Shown: positions 1 to 10,625, counted from the stretch's first letter. The stretch is 64,000 nucleotides of DNA from an uncultured Dehalococcoidia bacterium (GCA_903929005.1 CAIYTC010000202.1:3080-67079), one strand, 5' to 3'. Numbers and translations: made by a program. The notes: generated by a model not told the origin, from the sequence alone.

Positions 1-1
1 A

Positions 2-406
2 TCGGTAGTCTTCAATTCGGGATGCTATGGCGGGTGCACAGGCAAATGGTACAACCAGAGTAGTCCGGACATACTGGAGAACTACAAGAGCAGGGCAGTA
101 CCAATTGATAGCAGTAAATCGTTAGCCCTGCGTTTCCTGAAATCAGGTTGCATGGCGTATTTTGGCCACATGCGCATGACGGGCGACAACTCGTGGGTTG
201 CTGAAATGACCAACTCACTGGCAGCGGCTCCCGAGGCAACAGCCGGAGACCTTGCACTTGCCTGGTACAAGAAAGCTGGCCTCTCCAAGCAGTCCAAGGG
301 AGAAAGCTGTCCCAGGGATTTAGATTTAGCTGGCTTTGATTGTAACCTATTTGACTATTCTGCCGTCATATTAGTTGGCGACCCGGCTATTCGAATCCTT
401 CCATAG
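2..406 (+). CDS. C-terminal fragment of a protein whose start lies upstream of the window (open reading frame from base 2, no stop until 406); function unknown
   Basis: Frame 2 is stop-free from position 2 and joins ORF 152..406; coding-like GC3; no recognisable motif. Confidence 0.35.
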   Translation, partial: SVVFNSGCYGGCTGKWYNQSSPDILENYKSRAVPIDSSKSLALRFLKSGCMAYFGHMRMTGDNSWVAEMTNSLAAAPEATAGDLALAWYKKAGLSKQSKGESCPRDLDLAGFDCNLFDYSAVILVGDPAIRILP

Positions 407-716
407 GGAATAACACACCTCTCTGTTAACCTGCTCTCCGAAAATAAGTGCAGTATTAATGTTAGACTAAAAGACAGACCTGCCCCCCTAAAATCAATGC
501 TTGGAAAGAAAGCTATTTGTTTTTATTTATGGATGAACATACATACCGATGTTTGTTCAGTGGCCGGTAATTCTAAAAGAACTGCAATACGGATCTTCAT
601 CTTTTCCGGCGCCGCCACAAATTGAATATGCAGGTATCCAGGGTGACGCAAGTTAAGTTGCATATTTAGCGGCCGTGATGTAATAATGATTTTGCGGCTG
701 CTGCGGCTTTTTTAAG

Positions 717-1604
717 ATGCATAAATCAACCAGGAATATCTTCAAGATGCACGGATGGCGGGTGGACCGTGCCGTGCACAACTATGTTTACTTCGTATTT
801 TACGAGAAATACGTCAGGGCCTTTTTAGCCGCCGGCAGGTTAGTCGCCAAAAATTTCGGCGACAATAAATTAAGCACCCACGCGTTTAAAAGTATATTTG
901 AGAATTATCACGCCAAGGTACTGACTTACAACGATGCCCGGAAAATACTAACGCTTAACAGCGATCTCAGCATCAGCGCAGATAAAGCTAAAAAAATCAT
1001 ACCCTTCAGCGCTGCCAACAAAATAATATTCAGTGAACCTGATTTCATCGCCGTGATGGACTGTCCCTGCCGGCTTTCCAGGAAGCAGCATTGCGAGCCG
1101 GTCAACGTCTGCATGGCGGTGGGCAGGACGACCGCCGAATTCTGGCTGGAGCACTGCACGCAACTTCACGTAAGGAAGGTCTCCCAGGCGCAGGCGCTGG
1201 AGTTGCTGCAGGAATCGGTCAGGTTGAACAGGATTATCACCGCCTGGCTAAAAACTGAAACCGGCGGCCGGACGGGGGTAATATGTTCCTGCTGTTCCTG
1301 CTGCTGCGGCGGCATCGAGGGCATGAGGCTGGCCAGGAGGTTGCCGGGCGCTGAAAAAGTAACCAATATAATCTCGTCCGGCTACTCGGTGGAAATCGAT
1401 TCAAACCTGTGCATTTCCTGCGGCACCTGTATTCAGGTGTGTGCCTTTGACGCCCAGAAGCCAGGCGCTAACGGCAACCCGATTTATGACGTGGATGCGT
1501 GCCTGGGGTGTGGGGTATGCGCGGCCAAATGCCCGTCCGGCGCTCGCAGGCTGGTCCCTGATGAAAGCAAAGGCCTGCCGCTGGATGTGTCTATGCAGGG
1601 CTAA
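717..1604 (+). CDS. Cys-rich 4Fe-4S ferredoxin-domain protein (two CxxCxxCxxxCP clusters; unusual CSCCSCCCGG run)
   Basis: Motifs 'CISCGTCIQVCAF' and 'CLGCGVCAAKCPSG' = two 4Fe-4S dicluster motifs; putative TTGCAT-17-TAATAAT promoter about 35-60 bp upstream. Confidence 0.55.
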   Translation: MHKSTRNIFKMHGWRVDRAVHNYVYFVFYEKYVRAFLAAGRLVAKNFGDNKLSTHAFKSIFENYHAKVLTYNDARKILTLNSDLSISADKAKKIIPFSAANKIIFSEPDFIAVMDCPCRLSRKQHCEPVNVCMAVGRTTAEFWLEHCTQLHVRKVSQAQALELLQESVRLNRIITAWLKTETGGRTGVICSCCSCCCGGIEGMRLARRLPGAEKVTNIISSGYSVEIDSNLCISCGTCIQVCAFDAQKPGANGNPIYDVDACLGCGVCAAKCPSGARRLVPDESKGLPLDVSMQG

Positions 1605-1621
1605 TGGAAGGAGAATTAATT

Positions 1622-3232
1622 ATGAGCGCAGAGACCGATTTTATCTGGTGGAAGCACGGCGTTTTATGTGAGATATGGCCGCGCAGCTATTACGATAGCA
1701 ACGGCGATGGCTCGGGCGATATACAGGGCATAATCCAGAAGCTGGATTACCTGGCGGAGCTGGGCATCGACGGCATCTGGCTGGGGCCGGTCAACAAGTC
1801 GCCCATGGTGGACTCGGGCTACGACGTAGCCGACTACCGCTCCATCGACCCTCTCTACGGGACGATGGCGGATTTTGAACAACTTCTGGCGGAAGCGCAC
1901 AAGCGCAACATACATATCATCATGGATATGGTGGTCAACCATACCTCGGACCAGCATGCCTGGTTTAAGGAGTCCCGCTTGTCGCGAGACAACCCCAAAC
2001 GTGACTGGTACATCTGGCATGACAGGAAGAGAGGGCGGCCACCGTCCAACTGGAAGGCGGCGATGGGCGGGGGCGTCTGGCAATGGGATAACGCTACCAA
2101 ACAATATTACCTGCATTCCTTCTTCAAGGAGCAGCCCGATTTAAACTGGCGCAACCCGGCGGTCAGGCAGGAGATCTACGCTACCATGAGGTTCTGGCTG
2201 GATAAAGGTGTGGACGGCTTCCGCTGCGACGTACTGAATTATTTTCTCAAGGATGACCAATTGCGGGATAACCCCACGTCGCTGTCCGCCGGCATCTTCA
2301 ACGGCTTCCAGAAACATCTGTACAGCCGGAGCCAGCCGGGCATGGAGGAAATACTGAGGCAGATGCGCGCCGTGCTGGACGGGTATAAGGACCGCATGAT
2401 GGTGGGAGAGGTGTTCGTTGCACAGGATGGGCCGGCCATGGCGGCCGCCTTCATGGGCGATGGTGACCTCTGCCACCTGTCCTTCGAGTTCTCCCTGCTC
2501 TTCACGAAATGGGACGCGGCCCGGTTCAAAGAAATGATAAACGGCTGGTTCGCGGTTTTGTCTGCGAAGGGCTGGCCGTGCAACGTGCTCTCCAACCATG
2601 ACCAGCCGCGCGCCGTCACGCGCTGGGCTGCCGGCGCCGACACACAGAAAAGGGCCAAGGTCATGGCGGCCTTACTGCTTACCCTGCGCGGGACGCCTTT
2701 CCTCTACTACGGGGAGGAGATCGGCATGCCGGACAGCCCGATCAAGCGCGGCGACGTGATGGATACCGTCGGCAAGATGTACTGGCCGATAGTGAAGGGA
2801 CGTGACGCCGAGCGCAGCCCCATGCAATGGAACGCCGGGCCGCAGGCGGGGTTCTCCAGCGTAAAGCCCTGGCTGCCGCTCAATGCTGATTATTCTGAGA
2901 TCAACGTCGCGGCACAGGAAAAGGACCCGCTATCAGTGCTGAATTTCTACCGCAGGCTGATCGCCCTCAGGCGGGAAAAGCCGGCGCTGCAGCGTGGGGG
3001 CTACGAGCAGGTTCCCTCGGATAAAAATATCCTGGCCTACCGCAGAACTTATCACAACGAAGAAATCCTGGTCATCCTGAATTTTGCAGGTGAACGGAAG
3101 GTGCAAGCAATTGATTCAAGCAAGCGCTGGAAGGTGCTGCTGGGCACGCAGCGCAGCAGTGAATCGGCTATTGATAAGGACGGCCTGGCGGTGTATCCTT
3201 ATGAAGCCCTGATACTGGAGGAGGATAAATGA
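1622..3232 (+). CDS. GH13 alpha-glucosidase / oligo-1,6-glucosidase-family hydrolase
   Basis: GH13 conserved regions 'DGFRCDV', 'GEEIGM', 'SNHDQPR', 'VVNHTSD'; RBS GGAAGGAGA 8 nt before ATG at 1622 (the longer ORF from 1604 lacks an RBS). Confidence 0.8.
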   Translation: MSAETDFIWWKHGVLCEIWPRSYYDSNGDGSGDIQGIIQKLDYLAELGIDGIWLGPVNKSPMVDSGYDVADYRSIDPLYGTMADFEQLLAEAHKRNIHIIMDMVVNHTSDQHAWFKESRLSRDNPKRDWYIWHDRKRGRPPSNWKAAMGGGVWQWDNATKQYYLHSFFKEQPDLNWRNPAVRQEIYATMRFWLDKGVDGFRCDVLNYFLKDDQLRDNPTSLSAGIFNGFQKHLYSRSQPGMEEILRQMRAVLDGYKDRMMVGEVFVAQDGPAMAAAFMGDGDLCHLSFEFSLLFTKWDAARFKEMINGWFAVLSAKGWPCNVLSNHDQPRAVTRWAAGADTQKRAKVMAALLLTLRGTPFLYYGEEIGMPDSPIKRGDVMDTVGKMYWPIVKGRDAERSPMQWNAGPQAGFSSVKPWLPLNADYSEINVAAQEKDPLSVLNFYRRLIALRREKPALQRGGYEQVPSDKNILAYRRTYHNEEILVILNFAGERKVQAIDSSKRWKVLLGTQRSSESAIDKDGLAVYPYEALILEEDK

Positions 3233-3705
3233 AACAGGTTGTGGCCTTTGGTTCCGACCATGTAGGCTTCGATTTGAAGGGCGAACTGATGAGACGCCTG
3301 CAGGGAGAATACGCGATCCTGGATATGGGCCCGGCGGCTTATGATGCCGCCGACGATTACCCTGATTTTGCCGGGGCCGTAGCCTGCGCCGTGGCTTCAG
3401 GCAAGGCCTGGCGGGGCATCCTTATATGCGGCAGCGGCGTCGGTGTCAGCATCGCTGCCAATAAGATTCCCGGAGTGCGCGCCTGCGTGTGCCACGATAC
3501 TTTTTCGGCCCGCCAGGGAGTGGAACACGTCGAGATGAACGTGCTCTGCCTGGGGGCACGCGTGATAGGGGTTGATCTGGCTATGGAACTGGCTACTGCC
3601 TTCCTCAACGCCAAATTCGGCGGCGAGGCCAAGCATAAGCGCAGGATAGATAAGCTTTTGGCCATCGAAAAACGCTCGCTTGAAGGCAAGAATACCTGCC
3701 AGTAG
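3229..3705 (+). CDS. rpiB: Ribose-5-phosphate isomerase B / LacAB-family sugar-phosphate isomerase
   Basis: N-terminal 'VAFGSDHVGFDLK', 'ICGSGVGVSIAANK', 'RACVCHDTFSA' typical of RpiB; ATGA overlap with the GH13 stop. Confidence 0.8.
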   Translation: MKQVVAFGSDHVGFDLKGELMRRLQGEYAILDMGPAAYDAADDYPDFAGAVACAVASGKAWRGILICGSGVGVSIAANKIPGVRACVCHDTFSARQGVEHVEMNVLCLGARVIGVDLAMELATAFLNAKFGGEAKHKRRIDKLLAIEKRSLEGKNTCQ

Positions 3706-3728
3706 AAATATAACATCTTGAGAGGCTC

Positions 3729-4712
3729 GTGAAAAAAAAGTCCGGCCAATTGCCTGCACTGGGTGTGGACCTGGGCGCGACCAAGGTTGAGACTGCCCTG
3801 GTGGACGGCAGCGGTAGGCTGATGACATCCGTAAGGCATTTTACACATGCCGAAAAAGGACCGGCCGCGGTCGTGGAAGGCATCGCCGAAAGCGTAAAGA
3901 TCTGCCTGGCGACCGCCGGCTGCAGGGCTGCCTGCCTGGGGATAGGTGTTGCGGCTGAGGTGGAAGGTGGCACAGGGAATGTTATAGCGGCAGCCAATAT
4001 GAAGTGGCGGGACGTGCCGCTCAAAAAGATGCTGGAAAAGGCTACAGGCATGCCCGTTTTCGTCACCAATGACGTGCGGGCGGCGGCCTGGGCAGAATGG
4101 AAGTTCGGCGCCGGGCGCGGCGTGGACGACCTGGCCTGCGCCTTTGTGGGCACCGGTCTGGGCGGCGGCATCATCACCCGGGGACGGCTGCTGGAAGGAT
4201 ATGGCAACGCGGCCGCTGAAGTCGGCCATATCACCATAGTGGCAGGCGGGCGCAGATGTACCTGCGGCGGCCGGGGCTGCCTGGAAGCCTATGCCGGGGG
4301 CTGGGCCATTGCGCAGAGGGCACAGGAGGCGGTGAAAGCGCATAAACAGGCGGGACGCCGGCTCACCGCCCTGGCGGGCGGCATACAGAAGATAACGGCG
4401 GCCACCGTCGCGCAGGCTTACCTTGCGGGAGACCCGCTGGCCGGGCGGCTGGTAAAATCTACAGCACGCTACCTGGCAGCAGGCATGACGGGCATCATCC
4501 ATATGCTTAATCCGCAAGTCTTCATCCTGGGAGGCGGCGTCATAGAGGGCCTGCCGCAATATATCGGGATGGTTGAACCCCTGCTACGCTCCCGTGCACT
4601 GGAGGCCAGCCTGAGGGGGCTGCGCATCAGCCGTGCCTCCCTGGGCAACAAAGCAGGCGTTATCGGGGCAGCGGGCATGGCCGGGGAGAGAATGGCCGGG
4701 ACAGGCAACTAA
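3729..4712 (+). CDS. ROK-family sugar kinase (glucokinase-like)
   Basis: 'LGVDLGATKV' ATP-binding N-terminus; ROK zinc motif 'CTCGGRGCLEAYAGG'; GTG start. Confidence 0.75.
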   Translation: MKKKSGQLPALGVDLGATKVETALVDGSGRLMTSVRHFTHAEKGPAAVVEGIAESVKICLATAGCRAACLGIGVAAEVEGGTGNVIAAANMKWRDVPLKKMLEKATGMPVFVTNDVRAAAWAEWKFGAGRGVDDLACAFVGTGLGGGIITRGRLLEGYGNAAAEVGHITIVAGGRRCTCGGRGCLEAYAGGWAIAQRAQEAVKAHKQAGRRLTALAGGIQKITAATVAQAYLAGDPLAGRLVKSTARYLAAGMTGIIHMLNPQVFILGGGVIEGLPQYIGMVEPLLRSRALEASLRGLRISRASLGNKAGVIGAAGMAGERMAGTGN

Positions 4713-4737
4713 TTGAAAGATGTATGCAGGAGGTACG

Positions 4738-6627
4738 ATGGTCAAGATAGACGGTACGAGCTTTAAAGACGAGTATGGCAGGAGGCTGATCCTGCGGGGT
4801 ATCAACCTGGATTCCAAGGTGCCTTACCAGCCGGACGGCGCCACTCATATCAGGGAGGGGTTTTTCGACCACCGCACCGTGTCCTTTGTGGGCAGGCCCT
4901 TCCCGCTGGAGCAGGCCGACCGGCATTTCAGCCGCTTGAAGCGCTGGGGCCTGACCTTTTTCAGGTTCCTGGTGCCGTGGGAAGCTATTGAGCACGGCGG
5001 ACCGGGCCAATACGACGAGGAGTACCTCGATTACCTGTATAAAATAGTCAGCAAGGCCGGGGAATACGGCATGCTGCTGTATATCGATACGCGCCAGGAC
5101 GTCTGGAGCCGCTTCACAGGAGGCTGCGGCGCGCCGGGCTGGACCTTCGACACGACCGGCCTCGATATCACCAAATTCAAGGAGAGCGGGGCCGCTATCA
5201 CGCACCAGGAATACGGCGCAGATTACGTGCCCCAGATCTGGGCCACCAACGGCTTCAAGCTGGCCGCTGCAACCATGTTCACACTCTTCTTCGGAGGCAA
5301 CGATTTCGCGCCTGCTACAAAGTTCGAGGGGCAGCCCGTGCAGGAATACCTGCAGGGGCGCCTGCTGAATGCCTATAAAAAGGTAGCGGAAAGGCTAAAG
5401 GGGCTGCCCGCTGTGCTGGGCTACGATACGATGAATGAACCATTCCGCGGGTATATCGCCTGCCGAGATCTGAATTCCACCGGCTGGTACCATTATAAGA
5501 AGGGGGAATGCCCCACCGCGTTCCAGGGTATGCTGCTGGGTTCGGGCATAGCGCAGGAGGTCGAGGTCTGGCAATCCTTCCTGCCCAAATTGCTGGGCAA
5601 GAAACTGCTCAATACGGGCGGCGTGAAGGCCTGGAAAGAGGGCGCCGACTGCGTATGGAAAGCCAACGGTGTCTGGGACTTCGATAAGGCAGGCAAGCCC
5701 GTGCTGCTGCAGCCGGATTATTTTGCAGTCAGGAACGGAAAAAAAGTGAATTTCACCAATGACTACCAGCGGCTGTATTTCGACCGCTTCGCCGAAGCCA
5801 TACACTCGGTTGATGCCGGGGCGATGATATTCATCACCCCTCCCAACGTGGATTATAATCCCCCACCTATGGGCGGGGACAACGCCAGGCACATCGTTTA
5901 CAAACCGCACTGGTACGACGATGTGCACTGGGTAACCAAGGCCTACCATTTCTTCCCCAATGCGCTGGTGGGCAACGACAAGCTGACCGGCAAGCCGGTG
6001 ATGGGGTTGCCGGGCACGGTGCAGGCCTCATTCATTGACCAGATGCGGCGCATCAAGGAGTTGGGAAACGTACTGTGCGGCGGCGTGCCGACCATTATCG
6101 GCGAGATAGGCATCTGCTACGATATGAATAAGAAAGAGGCCTACCGCACGGGCGATTTCAGCGCGCATGTCAAGGAGTGGGACCGCCTCTTCAAGGCGCT
6201 GGATGCCAACCTGCTCGGCTATACCCTGTGGACCTACGATGCCTTCAATGATAATAAATACGGCGACCACTGGAATTTGGAGGACTTCTCCATTTACGGG
6301 CTGGACCAGCAGAGGAACCCGGGCAATATCGACTCCGGCGGCCGGGCGCTGCAGGCCGTGGTCAGGCCGTATCCGAGAGCGGTGGCAGGGGAGTTGACCA
6401 GCTTTTCTTTCGATATAAAAAGGCGTGTCTTCGAGTTCGAATTCCGCCACGACCCCGCCATTGATAAGCCCAGCGAGATATTTATCCCGGATTTCCAGTA
6501 TCCGCAGGGGTACGATGTAAAGCTGTCGGACGGATCGAGTGTCCGCGATGCGGCCAACCAGTTGCTGATTTACACGCATGGCCGTGGACGGGACGCGCAT
6601 ACCATCAGTGTCACGCCGCGGCGCTGA
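4738..6627 (+). CDS. GH5-family glycoside hydrolase (cellulase / endoglycoceramidase-like)
   Basis: GH5 acid/base motif 'YDTMNEPF' and nucleophile context 'IIGEIGI'; AGGAGG 4 nt before ATG 4738 (alternative ATG at 4720). Confidence 0.6.
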   Translation: MVKIDGTSFKDEYGRRLILRGINLDSKVPYQPDGATHIREGFFDHRTVSFVGRPFPLEQADRHFSRLKRWGLTFFRFLVPWEAIEHGGPGQYDEEYLDYLYKIVSKAGEYGMLLYIDTRQDVWSRFTGGCGAPGWTFDTTGLDITKFKESGAAITHQEYGADYVPQIWATNGFKLAAATMFTLFFGGNDFAPATKFEGQPVQEYLQGRLLNAYKKVAERLKGLPAVLGYDTMNEPFRGYIACRDLNSTGWYHYKKGECPTAFQGMLLGSGIAQEVEVWQSFLPKLLGKKLLNTGGVKAWKEGADCVWKANGVWDFDKAGKPVLLQPDYFAVRNGKKVNFTNDYQRLYFDRFAEAIHSVDAGAMIFITPPNVDYNPPPMGGDNARHIVYKPHWYDDVHWVTKAYHFFPNALVGNDKLTGKPVMGLPGTVQASFIDQMRRIKELGNVLCGGVPTIIGEIGICYDMNKKEAYRTGDFSAHVKEWDRLFKALDANLLGYTLWTYDAFNDNKYGDHWNLEDFSIYGLDQQRNPGNIDSGGRALQAVVRPYPRAVAGELTSFSFDIKRRVFEFEFRHDPAIDKPSEIFIPDFQYPQGYDVKLSDGSSVRDAANQLLIYTHGRGRDAHTISVTPRR

Positions 6628-6654
6628 TAAAATTAAGATTTAAGGCAGATAGCG

Positions 6655-9033
6655 ATGGAAGATAAAGGGCAAAAAATCGAAAATTGGTTTTGGCGTATCT
6701 CTTTCGATATGCAGAGCGGCAGGATCAGCTTAGTCCGCCGCAATAATCCCGCACCATCGGTAGCCAACGCGCTCATTGGTATCAACTATGCCAGCCCCAG
6801 CGGTAAGAAACTCATGGCCAGCCTGGCCGGTGGGACGGTCACAAGCAGGGACGAACCTCTGGAGGACATTCATGGCAAGGGCAGGCAATACCGCTTCACC
6901 GGCGCCGGACGCACGGACGGCCTGGAGCTTGCTTTTCTAATCAACCTGTATGACAGCCGGCCTTTCCTGCTGCTGCGCCTGGAGGTGGCCAACCGCGGGG
7001 GCGGCAACATCTACCTGCAGGATATTAATCTTTTGCAGGCCGAGGCTTCTGGCGGCGCCGCTGTGAATTTCCCGGGCAGCGCCCGCCCGCTGAATTTCCT
7101 CAAGGTGGGCTGGCATGACTGGGTCTATTCCGGGTTGCGCAAGGGAAGTGAACGCGATGTTGATTCCCTGCCCTTCATGCGGCCGTTCATAGACAAGTCG
7201 CAGTATAACCCGGCCCTGCCGATAGGCAAGGGAAGGGGTGAATTCTGGGGCGAAGGCTGGGGATTGCTGACCGACCGGCGTGTAGCGATTCTGGCCGGCT
7301 TCGCCTCAACCGCCGACCAGTTCGGCGTTATACACGTCGCCTGCAAAGCCGGCAATCACGGCTTGACCCTTACAGCACAGGCCGACGGCGTGTCGCTGGC
7401 GCCCGGTGAAAAGTTTTGCTCCGAGTGGGGCTACCTGCAGTTTATCGACCTGCCCGCTGCCGACCCGGCGGCTGATTATGTTGAAGCCGTGGCCCGGCAG
7501 ATGAAGGCGCGCGTGCCCGCCCTGCCGCCACCGGCGCAGTGGACGCACTGGTACCATTTCTTCCAGTCCATCACCGCCGACCTTTTCATAGATAACCTCA
7601 ATGCCATCGATAATATCAGGGAGACCATTCCGTTCAAGATTGTGCAGTTGGACGACGGTTACCAGTCCGCCTGGGGCGACTGGCTCACCTGCAACGGCAA
7701 GTTCCCGCTGGGCCTGGAGCACCTCTCCAAGACTATCACGGGCAAAGGCTACACTCCGGGGCTCTGGCTGGCGCCTTTCGCGGTTGATCCCCGCTCACAA
7801 ACGGCCAGGCAGCACCCCGACTGGCTGGTCAAGGATAAGAAGGGCAAGCCTATCGTCAGCGGCTATTTCTACGACTTCTACGGCCATGCCCTCGACCTCA
7901 CGCAACCGGTGGTGCTTGAGCACGTCCGCACGCTGCTGGCCACTATCGCCCGTGAGTGGGGCTACGGCTTCGTCAAGGCCGATTTCCTTTACGCCGGCGC
8001 CCTGCCGGGCGTGCGGAAGGACCCCAAAATGACCAGGGCGCAGGCCTTCCGCAAAGGCCTGGAAGCCATCCGCGAGGGTATCGGGGAGGATACCTTCCTG
8101 CTCGGCTGCGGGTGCCCCTTCGGTCCGGCGGTGGGCATTGTCGATGCCATGCGCATCGGTCCCGACACCGCCCCCAACTGGACCCCCTACCTGTGGAACG
8201 TCAAGTGGGCCACTCCCATTATCAAGAACGAGAAATCCATCAGTTCGCTGCGCAACAATATCAGGCACACTCTCACTCTGAGCGCGCTGCACCGCCGCTG
8301 GTGGTGGAACGACCCGGATTGCCTGATGGTGCGCAATTACGATACCACGCTGAATGACGAGGAGGTCAAGAGCAACCTCAGCCTGGTGGGCTTGAGCAAC
8401 GGGCTGACGATAAGCAGCGACGACCTGACCCGCCTATCGATTGAAAGGCAGAAGCTGGTCAGCCTGCTCACACCGCTTTTGGGAGTGGGCGGGCGTCCGC
8501 TGGACCTGCTGGAGCGAGAGATGGCCGAACTATACGTCCTGCCCCTTGAAAAGAACGGCATGATATGGCAGGATGTGGCCGTCTTCAACTGGAGTGATGC
8601 CGCAGCCGGACGCAATCTCGACCTTTTGAAGCTCGGTTATAAAGCGGGGGAGAAGCTGCACATCTTCGACTTCTGGCAGAAGAGCCACCGCATGGCCGGG
8701 GCCGGGGAAATTGACCTGGGGGAAATCCCCTCTCACGGCTGCCGGCTGCTGCGCGTCTGCAAAGTTGAGGACAGGCCGCTGCTGGTGGGCGATACGCTGC
8801 ATATCACGCAGGGCTGCGAGATCGAGTCCTGGCAGGTGACCGGCAAGACGCTCGAAGTAAAAACGATAGACCTGGGGCGCAGGGTTGAGGGTTCGCTCTG
8901 GTTGAGCCTGCCGGGCCAGGCTTGCCCGGCTACCTGCGGCGCAGCGCCTATCAGCTATGAAAAAGAAAATGGTCTTTACAGGCTGCCGCTGGATTTCAAG
9001 GGCAGCGCGGAGATAGTAATCAAGTGGGAATAG
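6655..9033 (+). CDS. GH36-like alpha-galactosidase-family hydrolase
   Basis: 'LDDGYQSAWGDW' (DDGW-type motif), 'VKADF', 'GCGCPFGPAVG…RIGPDT' reminiscent of GH36/GH27 catalytic region. Confidence 0.55.
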   Translation: MEDKGQKIENWFWRISFDMQSGRISLVRRNNPAPSVANALIGINYASPSGKKLMASLAGGTVTSRDEPLEDIHGKGRQYRFTGAGRTDGLELAFLINLYDSRPFLLLRLEVANRGGGNIYLQDINLLQAEASGGAAVNFPGSARPLNFLKVGWHDWVYSGLRKGSERDVDSLPFMRPFIDKSQYNPALPIGKGRGEFWGEGWGLLTDRRVAILAGFASTADQFGVIHVACKAGNHGLTLTAQADGVSLAPGEKFCSEWGYLQFIDLPAADPAADYVEAVARQMKARVPALPPPAQWTHWYHFFQSITADLFIDNLNAIDNIRETIPFKIVQLDDGYQSAWGDWLTCNGKFPLGLEHLSKTITGKGYTPGLWLAPFAVDPRSQTARQHPDWLVKDKKGKPIVSGYFYDFYGHALDLTQPVVLEHVRTLLATIAREWGYGFVKADFLYAGALPGVRKDPKMTRAQAFRKGLEAIREGIGEDTFLLGCGCPFGPAVGIVDAMRIGPDTAPNWTPYLWNVKWATPIIKNEKSISSLRNNIRHTLTLSALHRRWWWNDPDCLMVRNYDTTLNDEEVKSNLSLVGLSNGLTISSDDLTRLSIERQKLVSLLTPLLGVGGRPLDLLEREMAELYVLPLEKNGMIWQDVAVFNWSDAAAGRNLDLLKLGYKAGEKLHIFDFWQKSHRMAGAGEIDLGEIPSHGCRLLRVCKVEDRPLLVGDTLHITQGCEIESWQVTGKTLEVKTIDLGRRVEGSLWLSLPGQACPATCGAAPISYEKENGLYRLPLDFKGSAEIVIKWE

Positions 9034-9046
9034 GAGGATCGCTAAA

Positions 9047-10333
9047 GTGACTAAATCGAAATATCCGTGGTTTGTATTCGGCACCTTCTTCGCCTTCATG
9101 CTCTGTCAGCAGGCGGAAAAGCTGGTGATCGGTCCGCTGACCACTCCCATCATGGACGAGTTCAAAATCAACCAAACTCAGATGGGGCTGGTCTTCTCAG
9201 GAGCGCTATTAGTCGCCGCCATACTATACCCTATATGGGGTTACCTTTACGACCGCTTCGCGCGCACCAAACTTCTCACCCTGGCCGCCCTTATTTGGGG
9301 CGCGACCACCTGGCTGAGTGCCGCGGTGCGCACCTTCCCGCTTTTCGTGGTGACCAGGTCATCCACCGGTGTTGCCGACTCCAGCTACCCGGGGCTCTAT
9401 AACATAACCAATGATTACTTTGAACCAAAGGAGCGCGGCAAGATCATGGGGCTGCTGCAGGTCGCGCAGCCGCTGGGCTACCTTGTGGGCATGGTGCTGG
9501 CGCTGATCTTGGGCAGCATGATCGGCTGGCGCGGCGTGTTCTACGTCACCGGCGCCATGGGATTCGTGATGGCCGTGGTCATCTTCTTCGGTGTCAAGGA
9601 GCCGCAGCGCGGCAGCACCGAGCCCGAATTGCAGGGCATCGAGCAGAAAGGGGATTACCGCTTCAACTGGCCGACCGCGTTCGGCCTCTTTAAGAAAAAA
9701 TCCCTGCTCTTCCTCTTCCTCAACTGCTTCACCGGAGTCTTCCCCTGGCAGGTGCTGACCTTCTGGTTCTTCCGCTATCTTGAGACCGAGCGTGGCTATG
9801 ACTCTACCACGGTGCTCATCACTATGGTCGTGGCCGTGCTGATGCTGGCCGCGGGTTACCCTATCGGAGGCATACTGGGGGATTATTTCTTCAAGCGCAA
9901 CCAGCGCGGGCGCCTGTTAGTCAGTGCGGCCGGCGTCCTCATCGCCATGGTGCTGCTGGTATTCGCCACCATGGTGCCGCATAACGAGATGTTCCTTTAC
10001 GGCTTCCTGCTGGCCTTCACCTGCATCTTCATGCCGTTCGCCTCGCCCAACGTGGTGACCACTATTTACGATATGACGCTGCCCGAGGTGCGCAGCATGG
10101 CCAACGCACTGCAGAACTTTTTCGAGCAGGTCGGCTCATCAGTGGCCCCGTTGATAGCCGGCATTATCGCCGACAGCTCATCCCTGCAGAACGCCATACT
10201 GATCATCTGCATATCCGCCTGGACCGCCTGCTTCATCTTCATCTGCATCGCGGCTTACCTGGCGCCCAAAGACCTGCAGGACCTGCGCAACCAGTTAAAG
10301 CAAAGGGCCGAGATAGAGAGGGCGCGGGCATAG
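9047..10333 (+). CDS. MFS transporter
   Basis: 12-TM-like hydrophobic pattern; GTG start 10 nt after AGGAGG; ends the sugar locus. Confidence 0.7.
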   Translation: MTKSKYPWFVFGTFFAFMLCQQAEKLVIGPLTTPIMDEFKINQTQMGLVFSGALLVAAILYPIWGYLYDRFARTKLLTLAALIWGATTWLSAAVRTFPLFVVTRSSTGVADSSYPGLYNITNDYFEPKERGKIMGLLQVAQPLGYLVGMVLALILGSMIGWRGVFYVTGAMGFVMAVVIFFGVKEPQRGSTEPELQGIEQKGDYRFNWPTAFGLFKKKSLLFLFLNCFTGVFPWQVLTFWFFRYLETERGYDSTTVLITMVVAVLMLAAGYPIGGILGDYFFKRNQRGRLLVSAAGVLIAMVLLVFATMVPHNEMFLYGFLLAFTCIFMPFASPNVVTTIYDMTLPEVRSMANALQNFFEQVGSSVAPLIAGIIADSSSLQNAILIICISAWTACFIFICIAAYLAPKDLQDLRNQLKQRAEIERARA

Positions 10334-10349
10334 GCCGGACAGGAGATAT

Positions 10350-10607
10350 ATGAAAAAGGATATCAAGTTCGCCGTGGCGCTGTCAGCGCTGGGCAACCCC
10401 GGCGACCGCTTCATGTCCGGCTACAAGCAGGACAGGTCCACGGAGGAGATGTTCGCCCTGGCCGCTGAGGCCGGCATAGCAGGGCTTGAGTTCGTCTATG
10501 ACAGGGATATCAACAAGGGCAACGTCAACCAGATAAAAGAGTGGACTGAACCCCTGAAAAATAGAAAGGGAAGCCGTAATTGCGGGGAAGACCGGCAAAT
10601 AGATTAG
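10350..10607 (+). pseudogene. N-terminal remnant (85 aa) of a xylose-isomerase-like TIM-barrel sugar-phosphate isomerase/epimerase
   Basis: 'IKFAVALSALGN…STEEMFALAAEAGIAGLEFVYD' matches the typical N-terminus of AP-endonuclease/xylose-isomerase-fold proteins (~280 aa) but terminates after 85 aa; coding-like GC3 decays toward the end. Confidence 0.3.
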
Positions 10608-10625
10608 GGGTGAAAGCTGACCGCT

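Noticed and set aside
3357-4559. 400-aa ORF antisense to rpiB/ROK kinase (also 3397..3828, 3605..4237)
   Set aside because: Shadow ORFs typical of high-GC DNA. No motifs, and it overlaps two well-supported sense genes.
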